From contig JBPOGF010000001.1 in NCBI GenBank assembly GCA_051251915.1, positions 192,001-256,000 of the forward strand: a stretch of DNA of 64,000 bases, read 5' to 3'. This stretch comes from Akkermansiaceae bacterium. GTDB taxonomy: Bacteria > Verrucomicrobiota > Verrucomicrobiia > Verrucomicrobiales > Akkermansiaceae. Position numbers and translations under genes: made by a program. The number at the start of each line of letters is the position of its first letter. Within the stretch, counting starts at the first letter, position 1. Under the pieces are notes generated by a model. The model was not told the origin of the DNA. It was given only the letters and a program-made list of their open reading frames with translations, and did no database searches. This document shows positions 57,554 to 64,000 of the stretch, piece after piece.

Positions 57554-58804
57554 TTATTCGTTTCTTAGGGCTTCGATGGGGTCTAGCTGGGCGGATTTAG
57601 CGGCGGGGTAGATGCCGAAGATGATGCCTGTTAGGGCGGAGATGATGAAGGCTAGGACTACGGAGCTGGGGGAGATGATGGCGGTCATGGAGGTGAAGTT
57701 AGAGATGATCTGGGGCATGATGATGCCTAGTAGTACTCCGATGAGTCCGCCGATGAGTGAGAGGAGGACAGCCTCTACCATGAACTGTGTGATGATGTCG
57801 CTTTTCTTGGCACCTAGGGCGCGGCGGAGGCCGATCTCACGGGTGCGTTCTGTGACTGTAGCGAGCATGATGTTCATGATGCCGATGCCTCCGACGAGGA
57901 GTGAGATGGCGGCGATGGAGCCGAGGACGATGTTGAACATTTTTTGTGTTTGCTCGGATTGCTTGAGGAGTTGGAGTGGGACTGTGAGTTTGAAGTCTTG
58001 GACTTTGTGGGTGCGTTTTAGGAGGTTGGTGATCTGGGTTTCTGCGGTGAGGACGGCAGCGGGGGAGTTCATCTGCATGACGAGTTTGTGGAGCTGGATG
58101 TTTTCTGCGGTCATGCTGCCTGCTGCGTTTTTGACGATGAAGTCTCCGTAGCGGGCTTGCATGGTGGTGATGGGGACGTAGACGCGGTGGCTTTCTGTGG
58201 ATTGCTCGCTTTCACCTTGTTCTGATGTGACGCCGACTACGGTGTAGTAGACGTTGTCGATTCTGACTGTGCCTTCAAGTGGGTTAAGGTATGAGAAGAG
58301 TTCATCTGCTAGGCTTTTGTTGATGATGCAGACGGTGTTTTGCTGGTTGATGTCTAGCTCGCAGAGGAATCTGCCTTTGATGATGGGGATGCTGGAGACT
58401 TTGGCGAGGTTTGGCTGGGTGCCGATGATTTCTGCTGGGCGTGAGCGGTCTCTGAAGATGATGTTTTCGTTCATGAGTCGCTGGGGGACGATGCCTGCGA
58501 GTTCTGGTATGGCTTCTTGTATGGATGAGACGTCTCTGCGGGTGATGCCGTAGGCGAGGGTTTCTTCTTGTTCTTGGGTGTCTGATTCTGAGGGTTTGAT
58601 GCTTTCGATGATGATGTTGTTACTGCCGAGTTCTTTGATTCTTTGCTGGGCTTCATGGGCGGCGCCGTTTCCGACTGCGAGCATGGTGATGACTGAGCAG
58701 ACGCCGAAGATGATACCGAGGATGGTGAGTCCTGAGCGGAGTTTTCTGAGCATGAGGCTTTTGAAGCCTAGTTCGAGAGTGTGTTTGATCTTGGTGATTC
58801 TCAT
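57554..58804 (-). CDS. MacB-like ABC permease (FtsX family)
   Basis: LRSGLTILGIIFGV, ISLLVGGIGIMNIML.TVTERTREIG.RRALGA, LDPIEALR. Confidence 0.92.
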   Translation of the reverse strand: MRITKIKHTLELGFKSLMLRKLRSGLTILGIIFGVCSVITMLAVGNGAAHEAQQRIKELGSNNIIIESIKPSESDTQEQEETLAYGITRRDVSSIQEAIPELAGIVPQRLMNENIIFRDRSRPAEIIGTQPNLAKVSSIPIIKGRFLCELDINQQNTVCIINKSLADELFSYLNPLEGTVRIDNVYYTVVGVTSEQGESEQSTESHRVYVPITTMQARYGDFIVKNAAGSMTAENIQLHKLVMQMNSPAAVLTAETQITNLLKRTHKVQDFKLTVPLQLLKQSEQTQKMFNIVLGSIAAISLLVGGIGIMNIMLATVTERTREIGLRRALGAKKSDIITQFMVEAVLLSLIGGLIGVLLGIIMPQIISNFTSMTAIISPSSVVLAFIISALTGIIFGIYPAAKSAQLDPIEALRNE

Positions 58805-58823
58805 GAGGTTATGGCTGCGCCAT

Positions 58824-58892
58824 GTCAATGGTCATTGGTCAATAGTCAATGGTCTTGGGTTGATGGAACGGGCTTGGGGTGATGGTGTGGGT
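58824..58892. repeat. Heptamer tandem repeat plus TTGGGTTGATGG linker inside an operon
   Basis: gtcaatg gtcattg gtcaata gtcaatg gtcttgg, then gttgatggaacgggcttggggtgatgg. Confidence 0.75.
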
Positions 58893-59582
58893 TTAGCTTT
58901 CTGGTTTGGTTTTTATTTCATCTTGGTGGATGAGTCCGTCTTTCATGCGGATGATGCGGTGTGTGTGTTGTGCGACGGCTTCATCGTGGGTGACGATGAC
59001 GATGGTTTTTCCGCGTTTGTTTAGTTTGATGAGGATCTGCATGATTTCCTCTTCTGTTTTGCTGTCTAGGTTACCTGTGGGTTCATCTGCTAGGATCATG
59101 AGGGGGTCGTTGATGAGTGATCTGGCGATGGCTACGCGTTGTTGTTGACCTCCTGAGAGTTCGTTTGGCTTGTGGTCTAGGCGTTGTTCTAGGCCGACGA
59201 GGGTGGCGAGTTCTATGGCGAATGGGAGTTTGTCTTTGAGGGAGACTTCTTGGTAGATGAGTGGGAGCTGGATGTTCTCGATGACGTTTAGCTGGGCGAT
59301 GAGGTTGTAGGACTGGAAGATGAATCCGAGTCTTTTGCCTCGGGTGTCTGAGATGGTGTTGTCATCCATGTCTGCGACGTTTTCATTACCGAGGCTGTAG
59401 GTTCCTTGGGTGGGTCTGTCTAGGCAGCCGAGGATGTTGAGGAGTGTGGATTTACCAGATCCTGAGGGGCCCATGATGGAGACGAATGAGCCGTCGTCGA
59501 TTTTGAGGTCAATGCCTTTGAGGGCGTGGATCTCTTGTCCTTTGAGTGGGAATACTTTGGTTATGCCTTTGAGCTGGATCAT
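58893..59582 (-). CDS. ABC ATP-binding protein (LolD/MacB-NBD type)
   Basis: GPSGSGKST, FQSYNL, LSGGQQQRVAIAR, ADEPTGNLD. Confidence 0.95.
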   Translation of the reverse strand: MIQLKGITKVFPLKGQEIHALKGIDLKIDDGSFVSIMGPSGSGKSTLLNILGCLDRPTQGTYSLGNENVADMDDNTISDTRGKRLGFIFQSYNLIAQLNVIENIQLPLIYQEVSLKDKLPFAIELATLVGLEQRLDHKPNELSGGQQQRVAIARSLINDPLMILADEPTGNLDSKTEEEIMQILIKLNKRGKTIVIVTHDEAVAQHTHRIIRMKDGLIHQDEIKTKPES

Positions 59583-59600
59583 TCTAACAGATTATTTAGT

Positions 59601-61064
59601 CTATTCTGACTCTTGAGGGATGTTGAGTAGGACGATGTCGCCATCGGTGACGCCGGAGGTGATTTCTGCGAAGCTGTTGTTCATGAGGCCGATCTCGATT
59701 TCTGTTTTGATGTGATCTGATCCTTGTTTGAGGTAGCAGTAGTATTTTTCTTTTTCTGTGATGATGGCGTGGAGTGGGATGTAGAAGATATCTTTGAGGT
59801 CAGTGATGATGATGTCTACTTTTGCTGAGATGGATGGTTTGACGTCTGGGAGTGGGTCTGTGATGAGGATTTCTGTGCTGTAGAATTGTTCTTCTGCTCC
59901 GAAGTATGAGTTGTTTCTATCTGGGAGTGGGTTGACTTTGGAGACGATGCCTTTGTAGCGAGCGTCTGAGACGGATTCGATGGTTACGAAGGCTTCTTGG
60001 TTACGTTTGATTTTGCTGATGTGGAATTCTGGGATTTTGACTTCTACTTTCATTTTGTGGAGGCTGGGGATGGCGATGATGCGGCGGTTTTTGTTTACTT
60101 TAATGCCTTCTGCGATGTGATCATCTCCTCTACTACGACGGGGGGAGTAGAGGGCGATGCCGTCTACGGGGGCGAATAACTGGGTGTGTTCTAGTTGTTC
60201 TTGGATTTCTTTGAGACGGGTTTCGTTTACTGTGAGTTTACGCTTTGCTTCTGCGAGTTTTCCTTCTGATCGGCTGAGTCTGCTTTCGCCTTGTGTGAGT
60301 AGTCGCTCGTATTTTCTCTGGGCTTCTGTGACTTTGGAAGTGAGTTCTACTTGGAGTTTTGGGAGATCGAACTTTTCTAACATTTGTAGGCTGCTCTTTG
60401 CTGAGTCTAGTGCTTTTTGGCGGTTGCTGAGTTCTAGTTTGTCTCGGTCTACTTGGCTTTTGGTTTCGAATCCTTTTGCGGCGAGTTTTTCACTCCAGCC
60501 GAATTTATCTTCTGAGAGGCGGAGAGCTTCTTCTTCTGTGGTGATTCTGGAGGCGGCGTCTCTGAGCTGTTGTTTTTTGTCTAGCTGCTCGAATTTCTCG
60601 AGGTCCATTTGGGCGAATTCGATGGCTTTACGTGCTTCGCGCTGCTCGCTCTCGATGGTGCTTTGTTCGATGAGGAGGTCATTCTGTGCGGTGATGAGGG
60701 ATGATTTACTGGTTTCTACGTCGAGTTGGACTGATTGTAGCTGGTTCTTGGCTTCTGTAGGATCTAGTTCTACGAGGAGGTCACCTTTTTTGACTATGGA
60801 GCCTTCTGGGATGATGGTGAGGATGAGGGACTGGCCATTGAGGCGGTTTTTGATCACTTCTTCTTCGACGGCTTGTAGTACGCCGCCTTCGGTGACGGAG
60901 ATATTAAGATCACTTTTTTCTACGGTGAAGTAGGCGTATTCTTCTTCAGAGTTTGAGCTGGATGAGAAGAGGAATTTGTAGGCTAAGAAGCAGCAGAGTA
61001 GGGCGATGAGTAGTCCTATCCAGATGGTTTTCTTTTTGCTCTTTGGTAATGTAGATGATGTCAT
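59601..61064 (-). CDS. MacA-like membrane fusion protein with long coiled coil
   Basis: N-terminal TM, EG..VKKGDLLVELD, AP.DG, GLMN...EITSG. Confidence 0.85.
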   Translation of the reverse strand: MTSSTLPKSKKKTIWIGLLIALLCCFLAYKFLFSSSSNSEEEYAYFTVEKSDLNISVTEGGVLQAVEEEVIKNRLNGQSLILTIIPEGSIVKKGDLLVELDPTEAKNQLQSVQLDVETSKSSLITAQNDLLIEQSTIESEQREARKAIEFAQMDLEKFEQLDKKQQLRDAASRITTEEEALRLSEDKFGWSEKLAAKGFETKSQVDRDKLELSNRQKALDSAKSSLQMLEKFDLPKLQVELTSKVTEAQRKYERLLTQGESRLSRSEGKLAEAKRKLTVNETRLKEIQEQLEHTQLFAPVDGIALYSPRRSRGDDHIAEGIKVNKNRRIIAIPSLHKMKVEVKIPEFHISKIKRNQEAFVTIESVSDARYKGIVSKVNPLPDRNNSYFGAEEQFYSTEILITDPLPDVKPSISAKVDIIITDLKDIFYIPLHAIITEKEKYYCYLKQGSDHIKTEIEIGLMNNSFAEITSGVTDGDIVLLNIPQESE

Positions 61065-61077
61065 GGTGTGAGTGAGT

Positions 61078-62691
61078 TTAGCGTGTAGGATTTCTTTCGA
61101 GCCAGTAGTTTGAGGAGTTGGGGTCGAGGATGCCGATATCGGTGTAGAGTTGGAGTCTGGCGTTTTGGTAGTCGATGAGGGCTGCGGTGACGGAGTTCTG
61201 GGCTGAGATTAATGCATCTTGAGATTCGCTGAGTCGTCTGAAGATGACTGTGCCAGCTTGTAGGCGGAGGCGGTTGCCTTCAACTCGGTCTTCGGCGAGT
61301 TTGACGGCGTTGCGCTGGATTTCGTAGTTTTGTTTGAATTGCTGGACTTCACGGATACGACGGATGACGAGGTTATTTAAGCTATCATAGGTTCGGCTAA
61401 GGGAGCGGATGTTAGACTGGAAGCGTATGAGGGAGCGGCGGTAGTTGTTGCGTTCGTTGATGCGATTGATGGGGAGGTTAAGCTCAACGCCGACTTGTGA
61501 GGTGAGGTTGTCTAAATTTAATTTGTCTAGGCGGCCGTCTGTGCTTGCGAGTGAGGCAGAGGCTACGAAGTTGACTTGTGCCTTGAGTTGGTTTGCTGAG
61601 ATGACGACTTGACGCTTGGTGTCATCGAACCGGTCAATTTCATTGATGAGGGGGAGGCGGTTTTCGAGTGCTAGCTTGAAGGCTTGTTTCTCGTTGACTC
61701 TGAGTGGATGGAGTCCTGCTTTAACTAGCTTGTCTAGTTCGTTGTCGTTGAGATTCAGTGTTACGCTGCTGGGGGCTCCGATGGTTATTTTAAAGTCATC
61801 GAGTGAGGTTTGGTAGCGGGATTTGGCGTTGATCCAGCTTGTTTTGGCTTGGAGTTCACTTTGCTCTGAGTCGCTTACTTCTTGTGGGCTGGCGCGGTCA
61901 ACAGCTCTGGCTCTGAGGTATTCGGTATCTTTTTGTCTGGAGATGTAGTTTTTGTATTGGTTGCTGACGGATTCCTTTTGCTGCATGAGGCGGAGATACT
62001 GGATGACGATCTCCATGGAGAAGGTGTTCTGGAAGTGGTGGTAGTCACGGATGGCGTAGATGACATCGCGGTTCGCCTGGGTGAATCTCTCGGCGGCGAT
62101 ATCGCGGCCTGCGCCTCGGAGGAGTGGTTGGAGAATGTTTAGCGAGATCACTGAGCCAGCGGAGTTTCTGGGGTCGCCGGTGAAGTAACGGAGGAGGTCG
62201 TTGGCTAATGAAAGGCTGTAGTTGCCTCCAGTGGTAAGGTTTTGTGAAATGCGTTGGTTAAGGGTTCCTGTGCCTCGGAGGTCACCATTTTGCTGGTCAC
62301 GTAGGCGTCCGCTTGCGGTGCTGGAGAAGTTAGGTCCAAAGTCATTGCGCGCTCCTGTAAGAGAGAGGGCGGCGAGATAGAGTGTTTCTTTTTGGCTCTG
62401 GTAGTCTCGGCTGTGTTTGGCTGCGTAGTCTAAGGTTTGGTCTATATTTAGGGTGAGTTGACCACCTCTTTGGCTGTCTTCTAGTAGTTGTGAAGCGTTG
62501 ATGTTTTTTGGTTTTTTACGGGAATAATTTGTATCGATGGTGAAATCTTTGGATTTCCCGAAGACTGATTTTTCAGCCTTTTTGAGGATCTGGTAGACTT
62601 GGGCATCTGCTTTTTTCTGCTGTTGCCCCGCACTGCAGCCCATGAGAAAAAAGGGGACGAGGAGCCAAGTTGATAAAAGTGTACCGTTCAT
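61078..62691 (-). CDS. TolC-family outer-membrane lipoprotein
   Basis: Lipobox LMGC, QPLLRGAG, L.LP..R..ERN.YR. Confidence 0.85.
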   Translation of the reverse strand: MNGTLLSTWLLVPFFLMGCSAGQQQKKADAQVYQILKKAEKSVFGKSKDFTIDTNYSRKKPKNINASQLLEDSQRGGQLTLNIDQTLDYAAKHSRDYQSQKETLYLAALSLTGARNDFGPNFSSTASGRLRDQQNGDLRGTGTLNQRISQNLTTGGNYSLSLANDLLRYFTGDPRNSAGSVISLNILQPLLRGAGRDIAAERFTQANRDVIYAIRDYHHFQNTFSMEIVIQYLRLMQQKESVSNQYKNYISRQKDTEYLRARAVDRASPQEVSDSEQSELQAKTSWINAKSRYQTSLDDFKITIGAPSSVTLNLNDNELDKLVKAGLHPLRVNEKQAFKLALENRLPLINEIDRFDDTKRQVVISANQLKAQVNFVASASLASTDGRLDKLNLDNLTSQVGVELNLPINRINERNNYRRSLIRFQSNIRSLSRTYDSLNNLVIRRIREVQQFKQNYEIQRNAVKLAEDRVEGNRLRLQAGTVIFRRLSESQDALISAQNSVTAALIDYQNARLQLYTDIGILDPNSSNYWLERNPTR

Positions 62692-63038
62692 TCGTATCTA
62701 AACGTATTGAATGAGTAGAATTGTTCATTTATTTGAAGGTATTTCATCTTTATCTATCAGATGCCTTAATATATAGTTACTGTTGTTTGGTTAGTGTCCT
62801 ATGTTTTAGTGCTGTTTGGGTATTTTTTGATGTTTCTTCAGGTGGCTACTTTTAGGAATAGGATTACGGCCAGATAATGATATGTATGAAATGGCTAAAC
62901 TGATAGTGACTACCTCTACAACGTGATTAGTGTTATGCTTAGTGTTCAGGAAATAAGTGGTGCTAGTGTCGAAATTAATACTATCAATAGGGAGTTGCGG
63001 AGAATATCTGGAGGAGGGGCTAGCTCTGATTTACAAAT

Positions 63039-63086
63039 GTTGGCGTGATTGGTAAATTGACTCTTATTATGCGTCGTCGGAAGTAG
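63039..63086 (+). pseudogene. Possible decayed PEP-CTERM gene tail
   Basis: VGVIGKLTLIMRRRK* followed by a terminator; no intact upstream ORF. Confidence 0.35.
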
Positions 63087-63116
63087 GCTGGGGGTAAGTT
63101 TTTAACTTAATTAGTC

Positions 63117-63149
63117 AAACGGCTAGATCTGTATTCGATCTAGCCGTTT
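63117..63149 (+). terminator. Intrinsic terminator hairpin
   Basis: aaacggctagatc-tgtattc-gatctagccgttt, a perfect 13-bp stem. Confidence 0.75.
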
Positions 63150-63265
63150 CTTTGTTTAAGAATATGAGTATTCATTCTTAATAAGTGAGGCTGGGGTGAT
63201 GGTGGTGAGAAAGTAATCACTAACTATGCCTTGCAAAAGAGCTCAGGATGTAGCATGGGGAGGGG

Positions 63266-64000
63266 ATGAATACGATGTCATTCACGCTTTTGATAGCTGC
63301 CATCCTTGCAGGGCTGGCTGGCGTGATAGGTGTGCGCTCCATTATAACTGATAGGAGACGAACACGCTGGACGATCTTGCTGATGTTGTTGAGCTTTGGT
63401 TGTCAGTTGATGTGGCTGGGTATGCGTGGTGAGCAGCGGGCTAGTTGTCCGTTGATGGATTCTGGTGAGATTTGGGTCTTCTTGGCGTGGTCGGTGAGTT
63501 TGTTTTATTTGATAGTGGGTTCGGCGTATCGGGTTACTTTGCTGGGGATGTTTTCGGCTCCGGTAGTGGCGGTGATGCTGGGGGCTGCGTTGTTGCCTGG
63601 GATGCTGGATGCTAGTCCTGTGGCGAAGACGAATGTTGATTATTGGGGGGAGATGCATTCTGCTGTGTCAGTGTTATCATATGGTGCTCTGACGCTTGGT
63701 GCGATTTCTGCGGTGATGTTTTTGGTGTTGGATCGTTTGCTAAAGACACGGGATACGAGTTCTGGGTTATTTAAGAAAATGCCGCCGCTTCATACTCTTG
63801 TGGGGTCTGTGGTGAGATTGACGGTGATAGGGGTAAGTTTTTTGACGGTGGGGCTGGTTTGTGGATTTATGATGCCTAGCCATGGTGGGGCGCATTTTTG
63901 GGTGGCTGCTTTTGTGTGGGTGTCTTATGCGTTGATGCTGGGGATGTGGTTTGTGAGGGGGATGACTTCTAAGAAGATGTCCGTTGTTGTAGTGGTGCTT
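63266..64000 (+). CDS. Cytochrome c assembly protein CcsA/HemX family (runs off window; absent from ORF track)
   Basis: MNTMSFTLLIAAIL..LGMRGEQRASCPL..E..FLAWS..YRVTLLGMFSAP..WGEMHSAVSVLSYGAL; multi-TM. Confidence 0.78.
   Translation, partial: MNTMSFTLLIAAILAGLAGVIGVRSIITDRRRTRWTILLMLLSFGCQLMWLGMRGEQRASCPLMDSGEIWVFLAWSVSLFYLIVGSAYRVTLLGMFSAPVVAVMLGAALLPGMLDASPVAKTNVDYWGEMHSAVSVLSYGALTLGAISAVMFLVLDRLLKTRDTSSGLFKKMPPLHTLVGSVVRLTVIGVSFLTVGLVCGFMMPSHGGAHFWVAAFVWVSYALMLGMWFVRGMTSKKMSVVVVVL

Noticed and set aside
63278..63658. Minus-strand 126-aa ORF
   Set aside because: It is antisense to the CcsA-family gene on the + strand, which runs off the window.

Overview
This is a 64-kb bacterial chromosomal segment, most likely from Verrucomicrobiota (Rubritalea/Verrucomicrobiaceae-like). 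That assignment is an inference from the PEP-CTERM proteins, a large PilX-like/Verru_Chthon-type protein, squalene/phytoene synthase-family genes and gene starts without Shine-Dalgarno sites. Most of the window is housekeeping and envelope genes: trpB, hemW, rsmB, manC, rfbD, radC, ispF, pyrF, recF, cstA, ahpC, lepB, apaG, nagZ, an RND pump, a MacAB-TolC-like system and a heterodimeric ABC exporter. Accessory patches hold tandem PEP-CTERM paralogs separated by an internally deleted ISAs1, pseudogene remnants and low-GC orphans. I recognised no rRNA, tRNA, CRISPR-Cas or reverse transcriptase. The most unusual signals are non-coding. (1) A mosaic repeat array at ~34075-34630 in which a constant linker (CTTGG(G)TTGATGG) separates variable 9-10-bp-periodic modules; the same linker recurs at ~8736 and ~58854 next to other repeat types. 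(2) A motif, GRGGTAAGTTTT, found 12 times, 11 of them on the + strand. (3) An extreme G/T skew on the + strand regardless of gene orientation. (4) An apparent excess of TCTAACA. All motif counts were made by eye and need computational confirmation.
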